Below, piece by piece: positions 20,030-28,942 of a stretch of DNA of 64,000 nucleotides. Position 1 is the stretch's first letter, and each line of letters opens with the position of its first letter. The notes below the pieces were generated by a model that was given only the letters and a program-made list of their open reading frames with translations, was not told the origin of the DNA and ran no database searches. The DNA lies in sequence record DRR723986_5581; one strand, given 5' to 3'. The position numbers and the translations under genes are program-made.

Positions 20030-20616
20030 TCACTCTTGCCCTTTGCCTTGCCAACACCGGCATTCAGCGCCCGTCCGCACTCGATGATCAGCAGTACCCG
20101 CGCCCCGTTGCAATGGGTGCTGTGCAATGGGACGCGGCAGGCGTGTTCGCCGAGTATCGCAGTTTCATCCGCCAGGAAAAGAGTGTGTCGGCGAGCGCGG
20201 AGAAGTCCCACGGGATCGGCGACCGTGTTGCGCGGAGTCGTGGGCTACCGGAACGGACCGCCATTTCATGGCTTACCAACTCGCTCAAGACCTCAACCCA
20301 CCTTATCGGCTGGGATCTGGATTTTGACCTTGACGTAATCCGAGCCGCCTTGATCCGGCACGACGCCAACCCGTCAACCCTGATCCGGCCGCAACTCCGG
20401 ACAACAAGCCTTGCCGGCATCTGCGCAACGATTGTTGGCAGCCAGGATGAAAACGGCGAGGCAGTCGCGCCAACGATAATCGAAGCACTCAATGCAATAG
20501 CCCCAGACGCCGGGATCTATCCGGACAACCTGCACTCCAAGGCGGAAGCCTGCCGGGCCATCTTCAACGCCCTTTGCGCCGAGAACATCATTTCTGACAT
20601 GGAGCAAGCGGCGTGA
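20026..20616 (+). CDS. DnaQ-like 3'-5' exonuclease fold, catalytically degenerate
   Basis: AEKSHGI and LIGWDLDFDL retained; ExoI reads CLANTG instead of DxETTG. Confidence 0.55.
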   Translation: MITLALCLANTGIQRPSALDDQQYPRPVAMGAVQWDAAGVFAEYRSFIRQEKSVSASAEKSHGIGDRVARSRGLPERTAISWLTNSLKTSTHLIGWDLDFDLDVIRAALIRHDANPSTLIRPQLRTTSLAGICATIVGSQDENGEAVAPTIIEALNAIAPDAGIYPDNLHSKAEACRAIFNALCAENIISDMEQAA

Positions 20617-20972
20617 CCCTGATCATCACCATTCGGAACGAAAGTCGACCGGGCAAAGACGGCACCCGATCTTTCAGCATCGCGGCATGCGAGGGCCTAT
20701 CGGCCGCCAAGTCCAAAGGCGGGGTTATCCACGAGCTTGCACGACTTCTGCAGGAAGCCGGGCACAACCGGGAAACGCCCGTAATTGTTCAGCGCGACGG
20801 GGTGACCGTCTTCGGAGAACGGCCGTTGTGGGAGTGGGCTGACTACATGCTTTACGAGCCAGACGGCGGGCCTATGCGCCTTATCAAATGGAATTACGAA
20901 GCCCAGGCGAAACTAAAGGCCGAGAGAACGGCGAAGGCGGGAAAGTCCGCGGTTAAGGAGGCAGCAGCATGA
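20613..20972 (+). CDS. Phage hypothetical protein
   Basis: Coupled ORF in the early operon. Confidence 0.6.
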   Translation: MTLIITIRNESRPGKDGTRSFSIAACEGLSAAKSKGGVIHELARLLQEAGHNRETPVIVQRDGVTVFGERPLWEWADYMLYEPDGGPMRLIKWNYEAQAKLKAERTAKAGKSAVKEAAA

Positions 20973-21151
20973 AATCGGAAATCGTCGTTTGCCCGGGCCG
21001 CAAGGGCCTTCGCCCGATCATCATCAAGACGAAAAGCGTTTCGCTTGTCGATCATCGTTATTCGGGAAAGAAGCTGACCGGGCCGCAAGGAACGCGCATG
21101 GTGAAAGTCACCCTGCCCTCTTTCCCGTCGCTGGAAAAGGAGGCCGTTTAA
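20969..21151 (+). CDS. Phage hypothetical protein
   Basis: AAGGAGG RBS; overlaps both neighbours. Confidence 0.55.
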   Translation: MKSEIVVCPGRKGLRPIIIKTKSVSLVDHRYSGKKLTGPQGTRMVKVTLPSFPSLEKEAV

Positions 21152-21549
21152 TGTCTCACCTTTGGCACAACCCACACGCCACAACCGCTTTTTCTCTCGA
21201 TCCGAGCGGCAAAGGTCAGCAGCGGATGACGGATGAAACGCACCTCGCATTCATCCGGAAACTGCCGAGCCTGGTTTCAGGTGGTCAAGGCTGCGAGGCC
21301 TGCCACGTCCGTTACGGCGACCCGCGCCACAAGAAGGCGAAGACCGCCAAGGGGCGGAAGCCGGATGACGCTTGGACGGTTCCCATGTTGCCGGAGGAAC
21401 ACCGCCTGCAGCACAGCGGCAACGAGAAGGCCTTTTGGGATCACATCGGCATCGATCCGCTGGAAGTAGCGCGGCAACTCTATGCGGTTTCCGGAGACGT
21501 GAAGGCAGGCCGCAAAATCATCATGAACGCCAGGAGGGCAACGAAATGA
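21151..21549 (+). CDS. DUF968/HNH-like phage protein
   Basis: HLAFIRKLP..EACHVR..KPDDAWTVPM..EHRLQH..EKAFW. Confidence 0.7.
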   Translation: MSHLWHNPHATTAFSLDPSGKGQQRMTDETHLAFIRKLPSLVSGGQGCEACHVRYGDPRHKKAKTAKGRKPDDAWTVPMLPEEHRLQHSGNEKAFWDHIGIDPLEVARQLYAVSGDVKAGRKIIMNARRATK

Positions 21550-21806
21550 GCGCAATAGTTGAGAAACACCGGGACCGCATCGAGCGGCTTGCCAAGAACA
21601 CGCTTGCCGACATGCTCTTAGTGACTGGCCCCCTTCCCGAGGTAGAGCGCCGCGCCGTCGTGATTGGCGCCCTTGCAACGGCCGTCAACATCACAATCGC
21701 CGATGCGAAACAGCGAGACCCCCGCTTTGGGGAACTGATCGAGGCGACCTTTGCTCGGAATATCAACCTCGCCATTGCCGGCGAATTTGACCAGCTCACG
21801 AACTGA
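21546..21806 (+). CDS. Phage hypothetical protein
   Basis: GGAGG RBS, ATGA overlap. Confidence 0.55.
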   Translation: MSAIVEKHRDRIERLAKNTLADMLLVTGPLPEVERRAVVIGALATAVNITIADAKQRDPRFGELIEATFARNINLAIAGEFDQLTN

Positions 21807-21815
21807 GGGACGACA

Positions 21816-22175
21816 TTGCTTGCAGCCGCAAAAATTGCTGTGCTTCAAAAGGCCGTCGAAGGCGACTTGCTGACGGCGGCCGAGGAAGACACCTTGCGCG
21901 AATGCGTCGAGGACTACCGCCGACGCCTGCCACTTGGAAACGGGTTCAAGCTGACAACGGCCGACGTTGCCGAGGCTTTCGAAATCCTGTTTGACGACGT
22001 GCAGTTTATGACAGGAAGCCGGAGGCAGAGAGTAATCCGGCTACTGATCAAGACCGGCGCCAAGGGCTACCAGATTGGCAATCTTCCGGTGCGACGAGAG
22101 CATCCGACAGACGAGCACATTGCCGAAGATTTTCGAGTGCCTGTCACTGCCGACGAAATTAGAGAGGCGAGCTAG
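21816..22175 (+). CDS. Phage hypothetical protein (possible excisionase-like DNA binder)
   Basis: Near the end of the early operon, towards int. Confidence 0.45.
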   Translation: MLAAAKIAVLQKAVEGDLLTAAEEDTLRECVEDYRRRLPLGNGFKLTTADVAEAFEILFDDVQFMTGSRRQRVIRLLIKTGAKGYQIGNLPVRREHPTDEHIAEDFRVPVTADEIREAS

Positions 22176-22394
22176 TTGCGCCTCTTCTCCAACTCACCCG
22201 TAACAGCGGCAGACATTGAAGAGTGTCTGGACATTGTTGCCAGTCTTGCCGAGGGCGAGAACGGGGAACAGTACATTCCGCTGTTCGAACGGTTGGAGAA
22301 GGAATTGCAAAAACTGTTAGAGGCACAAACAACCTATGACAGAATAAGGAAGCGCCTCTCCAAGGGGACACACGCACAATGCCTAAGAAGCTAA
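22176..22394 (+). CDS. Phage hypothetical protein
   Basis: 72 aa, YIPLFERLEKEL helix. Confidence 0.5.
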   Translation: MRLFSNSPVTAADIEECLDIVASLAEGENGEQYIPLFERLEKELQKLLEAQTTYDRIRKRLSKGTHAQCLRS

Positions 22395-22434
22395 AGCCAA
22401 TTTAAGTCCAAACCTCAAAGGCCTAACGAGCAAA

Positions 22435-22881
22435 TCAATCAGCCTTAGAACTGGCCTCGATAAGTGCCACGGTCTGGGGTGACGGTGGGAACAAGATGAA
22501 TTGAGCATTCATTTGCTGCGTTACAACCGCCATTAACGACGTGAATTGCCCCCAGACTGCTGTTTTTGCATACTCTTTGGCCACCGAAACAACGTCCGCG
22601 TTTTTTGCACTCTCGAACCGAACAGCGCAAAGATACTTCGCCTCAACATCTGTTTTGAGCTCTTCAGTGTCTGTCGCAGACTTTTCGATGGATAAATCAC
22701 ACCGAAAAATAAATAAGTTCTCGGACGCCTCACTAGGCGGAGTGATTTTTACGCCATAGTGAAGTTCAATACTTTCAACGTCTTCCAACTCTGGCGAAAA
22801 ATTTAGATTTACGTCCACGAGAGATAAGCCAACTAGCTGAGACTGCACCGCTGGGTTGATCTTCGCCACACCCTTAGCCAT
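22435..22881 (-). CDS. SecB-like chaperone
   Basis: Beta-rich N-terminal part, then AVWGQFTSLMAVVTQQM..ILFPP, resembling the SecB C-terminal helix; coupled to hicB. Confidence 0.65.
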   Translation of the reverse strand: MAKGVAKINPAVQSQLVGLSLVDVNLNFSPELEDVESIELHYGVKITPPSEASENLFIFRCDLSIEKSATDTEELKTDVEAKYLCAVRFESAKNADVVSVAKEYAKTAVWGQFTSLMAVVTQQMNAQFILFPPSPQTVALIEASSKAD

Positions 22882-23428
22882 GGAGTTTCACCCCAACATG
22901 TTTTGACAGCTCATAAGGCAGTTTTCGTTCCTCAAGATGCCACTCCGAGGAGCCTTTCCATTGGGCAGATCGTGCTTCTCGAAGCAATGAAGTCGCAGCT
23001 CTCACGTGGTCCTCTGTACGACGACCAATGTGACGCACGATGGTCGTGCTAAACGCTTCTTTCTTCTTCGAAAAAACGCCATCAATGCGCTCTGAGAGCT
23101 TGCCGCATTCAAGCTTTTCTTGAATGGCCTCACAGACCCACTTATTGAGACTAAGTTCGTCCTCGGCAGCACGCATTGCGACTAATCTGTGCTGCTCAGG
23201 AGAAAGGCGAACGTTGAAGCTGCCTTTAAATGGCTTCGTAGGCTCTCGTCCTTCAGCTGCACAGTCTTCCAGGTAGGAGTCAATTAGGCATTCGAACTCC
23301 CTTTGCACTTCTGAAGCCTTGTCTACTTCCGCGATTAGCAGATCATCGATGTGCAGCACTTTGATGAAAAGGGTGTCATTGTCGAATTCGACAGAAGCTT
23401 GGTAGCCCTTGTAATTCACCGTTTTCAT
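22874..23428 (-). CDS. hicB: HicB antitoxin with long C-terminal extension
   Basis: YKGYQASVEFD, YLEDC..GREPTKPFKGSFNVRLSPEQHR, SLNKWV, plus ~75 extra aa. Confidence 0.9.
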   Translation of the reverse strand: MKTVNYKGYQASVEFDNDTLFIKVLHIDDLLIAEVDKASEVQREFECLIDSYLEDCAAEGREPTKPFKGSFNVRLSPEQHRLVAMRAAEDELSLNKWVCEAIQEKLECGKLSERIDGVFSKKKEAFSTTIVRHIGRRTEDHVRAATSLLREARSAQWKGSSEWHLEERKLPYELSKHVGVKLHG

Positions 23429-23676
23429 ATCAATCCTCGCTCTTCGAGCTTGTCTCTTACTTGTTCCACAACATAGTACTTGGCTTCATTGCCCGGATGA
23501 GGTTCATGCAGCCTGATTATATGTTTCGTTTTGCTATGAACGAATTTCCTGCGCGACCCACCTCCGGTTGTTTGATCAACATAGCCCAGCTTCCTAAGAA
23601 GCCGCACCAATTCTCGGTATGGAAACGGTCCCCGGCACTTTTTGAATTTTTCAACCAGTTGTTCAAAGCTTGGCAT
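23425..23676 (-). CDS. hicA: HicA mRNA interferase toxin
   Basis: LLRKLGY..GGSRRKF..LHEPHP. Confidence 0.9.
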   Translation of the reverse strand: MPSFEQLVEKFKKCRGPFPYRELVRLLRKLGYVDQTTGGGSRRKFVHSKTKHIIRLHEPHPGNEAKYYVVEQVRDKLEERGLI

Positions 23677-23933
23677 AGACGGTTTACCTGTCTATTTCAC
23701 GAAGCCGGAAAGCGTGCAACTGGTTTTTAGTCGCAATCCGCATGCCAGGGTATGTAGGATCGGTTTCGGGCAAGTTAATGACCATAACAAAAAATTCATA
23801 TTTAGGCGCCTGCACGCCCTAGTGGAACTTTCAGATCATATGGCTTCAGCATACAATTTCAACGTGTCTTGCAACATTTTAAACAAGTTAAACAGAAAGC
23901 CGGCAAATGCACATACCGCCCTCCCCCTTATCG

Positions 23934-25313
23934 TTACCCCATCAGGTCTAAAAGGCGCGCGTCATATGGCAGCTCGATGCGCTTTAGCAACTCCAAGCGC
24001 AACTCCAAGTCCCCGCCTTCGCCGTATTCCTCGCGGTCAATCGAGTGCCCCATAAGAAGCCGGCGCATTTCACTATCAATGTGGGCCTTCTTCATTCTGT
24101 CTTCGAACGAATGCCGGGCTGAATAGGCGATATGGCCAGCTGACGGGAGAAGGTTCCGCGACCTCAAGTGCTTCATGATGACAGCCGAAAACGTGTCCTC
24201 TTTGTCCTTGTATCGAGGGAAGCCATCAGGGGACCGCTTCACCGCCTCAAAGGCTATGCCCACAAGCGGAATTTTCCGGGTGCTGGACTCCGTCTTGATT
24301 TCTCTATCTGGATCGAAATTCACTTCTATGTGCGGGATATCGTGTTCCAGATGAATGCGGTTCGGAACAAGGTTGCAGACTTCAGAAGGACGGCAACCCG
24401 TTTCAATGACTGTAAGCCAGATCTTGAGCGCCTGGTTGTTCAATCCGGTTGACCGCCTTTGATCCGGCAGGCGGGAATAGCTCTCCGCAACTAGCAGCTT
24501 GTCCCTGATCCAAACCGTTGGGAACGGCGGCACGTCTTCTTTGAGACGTTTCGGGTCTTGGAATGAAAGCCCGTCGAACGGGTTCGGCCGCTTCTTATCA
24601 CCCTGGCGCTTAAACACCTCCCGGTAGATCAGCCGGAGATTGCCTATGTCTCGGTTGCCGGAGTTGCCTGACATGCGCTTGCCGGAGCTCTTTCCCGTGA
24701 TCCTGTCGGACCACCAATCGAAAACGCGCTGTGCATGTTCGTCCGTTATCTCATCAATGTGAAGGTCACCATTGATCTTGATGAAATTGTTGACGGCCCG
24801 AAGCTTCACTTTCTTGTAGGACTTGATTTGTTTTTCGCTCTTTCCGGAAAGGGCTTCAGCCGCGCACTTTTGAATGAAAACGTCATAGGCCTTAGACAGC
24901 TTTAGCCGCTCGGGCTTTACCGCGCCCAACACCGCCTCACTGTCGGCCTGTAGCTGTGCCCCCTTCTTACCCCTTAGAAGCAAGATCCGTTCGGCGAGTT
25001 CTTCCAGAGGCGCGCTTTTGACCAGTTCGTCCAGGCTCTTGAACGTTACGCCCAGAGCCTTTGCCCTAGACTTCGCCGCCTCGTATCGATTGCCGGCCGC
25101 TTCAGGATCGCCGCCGGACATCAGCGCCGACCAATAAAGATCGTCAGCCTCTTCAAAACCGTCCCGCCTAATCCGGGCAATTTCGATGTTCGCGGTTCCT
25201 AGAGCTATCTGAATTATTTTCCGGCTGTCGATGTGAGAGACAGCTTTGGGCACCCGTCGATAGTATCGCCAACGCCCACGGAATAATTGCAGATAGCGGT
25301 CTTCCTTCTTCAT
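23934..25313 (-). CDS. int: Prophage tyrosine integrase
   Basis: YYRRVP N-terminal domain, ETGCRPSE, IKTESSTRKIP, YSARHSF, LMGH, Y. Confidence 0.92.
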   Translation of the reverse strand: MKKEDRYLQLFRGRWRYYRRVPKAVSHIDSRKIIQIALGTANIEIARIRRDGFEEADDLYWSALMSGGDPEAAGNRYEAAKSRAKALGVTFKSLDELVKSAPLEELAERILLLRGKKGAQLQADSEAVLGAVKPERLKLSKAYDVFIQKCAAEALSGKSEKQIKSYKKVKLRAVNNFIKINGDLHIDEITDEHAQRVFDWWSDRITGKSSGKRMSGNSGNRDIGNLRLIYREVFKRQGDKKRPNPFDGLSFQDPKRLKEDVPPFPTVWIRDKLLVAESYSRLPDQRRSTGLNNQALKIWLTVIETGCRPSEVCNLVPNRIHLEHDIPHIEVNFDPDREIKTESSTRKIPLVGIAFEAVKRSPDGFPRYKDKEDTFSAVIMKHLRSRNLLPSAGHIAYSARHSFEDRMKKAHIDSEMRRLLMGHSIDREEYGEGGDLELRLELLKRIELPYDARLLDLMG

Positions 25314-25340
25314 ATCAAAAGACCCATCAGACAAAATGTA

Positions 25341-25373
25341 ATGTCTTTTGCTATGTCTTTTGTTATGTCTTTT
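25341..25373. repeat. Three ATGTCTTTT direct repeats (12-bp period), putative prophage integrase arm sites
   Basis: Copies at 25341, 25353 and 25365, between the int start and the tRNA 3' end. Confidence 0.7.
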
Positions 25374-25448
25374 CAAGGAAAAGTGCGGAAACCCGGCGCG
25401 ATCGATCAGGGTTCGCAAGTGTTTTCAACACGTTATCAAGTGCTTTAC

Positions 25449-25505
25449 TGGTGCGGGCGACGGGACTCGAACCCGTACAGCCTAGGGCCGAGGGATTTTA
25501 AGTCC
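25449..25505 (-). pseudogene. Displaced 3' half of tRNA-Leu(UAA); left island att junction
   Basis: Minus strand reads GGACTTAAAATCCCTCGGCCCTAGGCTGTACGGGTTCGAGTCCCGTCGCCCGCACCA, with no D-arm or 5' acceptor strand upstream. Confidence 0.92.
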
Positions 25506-25562
25506 TAGATATAGACTAATAACTCTCTGTTTTATATATCTATTTTTTGTGTTTTTGTGTGT

Positions 25563-25595
25563 ATGTGTAAGATACTGTGTAAGAGTTTTGACACA
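25563..25595. repeat. TGTGTAA arm-type repeats, left island end
   Basis: TGTGTAA at 25564 and 25576, inverted variant TGACACA at 25589; same motif at the right end. Confidence 0.7.
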
Positions 25596-25914
25596 TAAAT
25601 CAAAAAGCTGCCGCAAAAAGAAGCACCCAAAGGCACCGCAAAAAGCGCCTGCGGCGCGCGCGCCGACACCAATCCATTTGCCCTTCCCAAGCAAGTCACA
25701 GGTCCCGGCAGGCAGGGTCAAGGCCTTGCCGCGCAAGCGGGGGCCGAACGGCCGCCTTGACGCTGACAACGGGCCTGTCACTTAAAAATCAGGCAAATGA
25801 ACCGATGCTGATGAAAACGGACGAACCGCAGACGGCGGTTCGGATTGCTTGCCCAGCCCACGCAGCACACCGGAAGCGGTGCGCAATAGTGAACTTCTGT
25901 TGGAGGCGAAAACG

Positions 25915-27978
25915 CTAATCGACAGAGATACCTTCAGATTGGGCTTTGTCCAAAATTTCAAGCAAGATGAAACTCTGCTTTTCGGTTGGCGTCTTGGCAG
26001 GAACTTGAGTGGCAATTCTCAGAATTCCAACTTCCTTTTCGTTAAAAAGCTTTCGACGATTGCCTTCCTCAAGGATTTCCCCCCACTTCCGGGCAGAAAC
26101 CTTCAGCACAGCAATCTGTGCCTCAATACCGTTGTCTATTTTTTGAGTTTTCTTAGCTTCACGAACTTCGCGTTTTTGCTCATCCTGCGTTTTCAGGCTG
26201 TCAAAAAACGCTTCAGGCAGCAAATCCTCAAGCCGGGAAATGTCACCCTGGATCCGTGTCCAGCAGGCATCCTTTTTACACCACTCCGAGATGTTCGATA
26301 TGCCGCCAGGCGGATTGGAAATGAACTCGTTTACAAACTCACCTGCAATGGCAAGCGCACTGTCCAGGTAAGAAGGAACTGCCTGCAAACGCCAGATGAA
26401 GTCGATGTCGAGAGACTTCTCCTTACGTTTACAGCACTCCGCAAGAGCCGCTATTGCATAAGCAACAATATTTGCCCGATATCCACCATTGTACCATGGT
26501 TGATCAGAAATAATTCTTTCGGCTCTTCGAAAAATAATTGCTCTTACAACAGCCCGTTTGAAATAAAGTTCATTGAAAAAGTCCGGTGATTTCTCCCAAG
26601 CTTTGCCGATCCGCATCGCATATTTGGCGAAGTTCTTCTGAGCGCCAAGATTGACCCATTTGGGATGGTCATCCCAGACGTTCTCAAACTTTGCGAGATC
26701 CGTTTTGGTGAACATCTGCGATTTCGGAGTCTCAGCGAGGAATTTCTTTTTCTGCGCAGCAGTGAGTTTGGATTGCGCGTCAGCAAACTGGCCTCGGGCG
26801 CGCTCGTAAAACCACTTGGTTTCGCGTTGAGACCCTTGCTGGGCCGGTGCCCATATCCTGCGTGAAAAATCCTCCATACGCACATGAAACGGATGGTTTG
26901 AGAAGAAATCCGCAGCATTCACCTTATTCTGCGTATTCGCATACTCGGAAATGCGGGGAACGACCTCTTCACTTTTTTCATCGTCAATAACGGTAAGCTT
27001 CATCTGCACAAAGACCTTGTCCAGATCGGCTTTGTCTCCGCGCCTCGTGTGAAACAGAGAGGCCGTAGTCTGACCGCCGTTCACAATCTGGAGGTCTTTG
27101 ATACCGTCGATGACAAGTCCGTCATCGGTATTCCTTGACGTCACGCTCTCGGCGGTTGCGGTTAAACCGTTGTTGTAGGCAAAGAACATCTGAGGTTCGG
27201 TCAGTATGGTCGTTCGGATACCCTTGTTTACCTTTGCTCGCGCCTGAAGAAAGCTGCGAACGTTCCTCTCAAGCAGTCGGGCGCCATACTTTTCGTAGAG
27301 ATCCGCCAGGATATTTCCCGGAATGACCAGGAGATAGGATTTGTAGATTTCAGATCCCAGATGAGCGGGCAAACAGGCGATCGACTGTCCGAATGTACCC
27401 GGGAAATCAATCTCAAGGGCTTCCTTGTGTCCCCGCGAACTCTGTTGCCGCTGCAGGCGGGAAATATCCCAGATCTGGCGTGTAACGGGAATGCCTTCCA
27501 CAATGACATCATCCAGATCCTGAAATCTGTCGCTGAGTGTCCGCTCGGAAAGCAGATAGCATTCCACGCGCCGGATTGAGCTCCTGCGATCGAAGAGCTG
27601 CCTTGCCAGATCATATTCAGGGGTGGTGACATCCAGCTCCTGATAGAGCTTTCCACGGAGGCTGGCATCTAGAAATCCTGACAACCGTCTGAACGCGGTC
27701 TCCACATCCGTCTTGGTGAGAGTGGCCAGTTCTGTTCGGAACTCAAAATCCGCGATGAAAAGACTCAACAGCCCTTCGTCATCAAACCAGAAGCCGTCCA
27801 CGCGCATGCCGCGGCTTCGATAGTGGCACCCGGAAAAATCCTCAATGGTTCCGCCTTCGCGGAGCTCATCCGTCATGAGCGTCATAAACGACGAAAGCTG
27901 AAAGTCCTGATTCACCTCGGCATCGACCATCAGCCGCTGGCGAAAATCGTGAAAAAATTCTTCGGTTGTCTGATCCAT
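25915..27978 (-). CDS. AIPR family protein (MzaE-like)
   Basis: LLERNVRSFL, FFAYNNGLT, LQIVNGGQTTASL, ISEYANTQNKV. Confidence 0.92.
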   Translation of the reverse strand: MDQTTEEFFHDFRQRLMVDAEVNQDFQLSSFMTLMTDELREGGTIEDFSGCHYRSRGMRVDGFWFDDEGLLSLFIADFEFRTELATLTKTDVETAFRRLSGFLDASLRGKLYQELDVTTPEYDLARQLFDRRSSIRRVECYLLSERTLSDRFQDLDDVIVEGIPVTRQIWDISRLQRQQSSRGHKEALEIDFPGTFGQSIACLPAHLGSEIYKSYLLVIPGNILADLYEKYGARLLERNVRSFLQARAKVNKGIRTTILTEPQMFFAYNNGLTATAESVTSRNTDDGLVIDGIKDLQIVNGGQTTASLFHTRRGDKADLDKVFVQMKLTVIDDEKSEEVVPRISEYANTQNKVNAADFFSNHPFHVRMEDFSRRIWAPAQQGSQRETKWFYERARGQFADAQSKLTAAQKKKFLAETPKSQMFTKTDLAKFENVWDDHPKWVNLGAQKNFAKYAMRIGKAWEKSPDFFNELYFKRAVVRAIIFRRAERIISDQPWYNGGYRANIVAYAIAALAECCKRKEKSLDIDFIWRLQAVPSYLDSALAIAGEFVNEFISNPPGGISNISEWCKKDACWTRIQGDISRLEDLLPEAFFDSLKTQDEQKREVREAKKTQKIDNGIEAQIAVLKVSARKWGEILEEGNRRKLFNEKEVGILRIATQVPAKTPTEKQSFILLEILDKAQSEGISVD

Positions 27979-27979
27979 C

Positions 27980-28942
27980 TCAGGCCCAAACCTCCGTCTC
28001 ATCACACTTGTGGCCTTCAATGACCTCCAGCTGGATATCGTAGTTCAGGCGGGCAAGCCCCGCCGGAATGGCTGATCTGACCAGTCGTGGAAAATCTTCC
28101 TCCACCCTGTAGAACTGCATATCAGCGACAATGAATGCCGGCTCGTCGTAGTCCGGCAACTCGAAATAGCCGATGGACGATATCTTTCTGCCGAATTCAT
28201 TCAAAGCCGCAGGATCTGTGATTTCTCCTTCGACGATCCGAACAAGCTCATTCAGAGAATGAGCATGCGGTCCATGTTCCGGAGCGGTCACCAGACGGAC
28301 TACTGCGAGATACAAGCGATCACTTAATGCCTCGAGCTGATCTTCGGAAGTTATCCGTACTGAGTTGCGTTCTCTCCCGCTTATGGCTTTCGTCTCAATC
28401 GCCATATCGCGCAACTGAAAATCCTGGTGAACCTTATCCGGTCCGCACCAAGCCAACACCGCCTCCGACGGATTGCCGGTAAAAGCCAGAACCTTTCGCA
28501 AAATCCAGAGTTCAGCAAACAGGCCACGCACTTCGCTATCGCTTAGCTTGCGGCTCCTTTTCCCGGACAGGAACGTCCGCCAGCGAATGATCTGACTGCT
28601 GGTAATTCCAAAGGCATTGGAAGAGTCTTCCGCAAGTTCAAGAGCGGCGATCACAGAACGGCAGAAGCTGTAGAAAAGGTCGGCGTTGACATGTTCTTCC
28701 AGCGTAATGACGATGACCTGCACGTTGTCGATCAGCCGAAGATCAACAGCCATCCCCCGCACGGAAAGGTCCAGTCTTTTGAATTCTCTGGCATAGTCGC
28801 CATCAAGCTCAATGATCAGCACATTCTGTGACTGAGTGTCCTTGCCCCATGAGACAGGCACGACCGTATCTGCGGACGCGAGGCGTTTGTTAAACCCGGT
28901 GGGAGGCCGCTTGATATCAGCCCAAGGCAATTGACTAGTCAT
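27980..28942 (-). CDS. PD-(D/E)XK DUF4420 protein (MzaD-like)
   Basis: GLFAELW, WCGP..HQDF..AIETKA, ITSEDQL. Confidence 0.88.
   Translation of the reverse strand: MTSQLPWADIKRPPTGFNKRLASADTVVPVSWGKDTQSQNVLIIELDGDYAREFKRLDLSVRGMAVDLRLIDNVQVIVITLEEHVNADLFYSFCRSVIAALELAEDSSNAFGITSSQIIRWRTFLSGKRSRKLSDSEVRGLFAELWILRKVLAFTGNPSEAVLAWCGPDKVHQDFQLRDMAIETKAISGRERNSVRITSEDQLEALSDRLYLAVVRLVTAPEHGPHAHSLNELVRIVEGEITDPAALNEFGRKISSIGYFELPDYDEPAFIVADMQFYRVEEDFPRLVRSAIPAGLARLNYDIQLEVIEGHKCDETEVWA

Larger units (their letters stand above)
1..25448. mobile_element. Temperate prophage (right part; left end outside the window), adjoining the 3' end of tRNA-Leu(UAA)
   Basis: Contiguous portal-terL-terS, primase/helicase, cro/cI, recE/recT and an integrase next to a tRNA 3' half. 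Confidence 0.92.

Noticed and set aside
25314-25418. N-terminal extension of the prophage integrase with KRH repeats
   Set aside because: The repeats are the translation of the ATGTCTTTT DNA repeats; ATG 25313 is the likelier start
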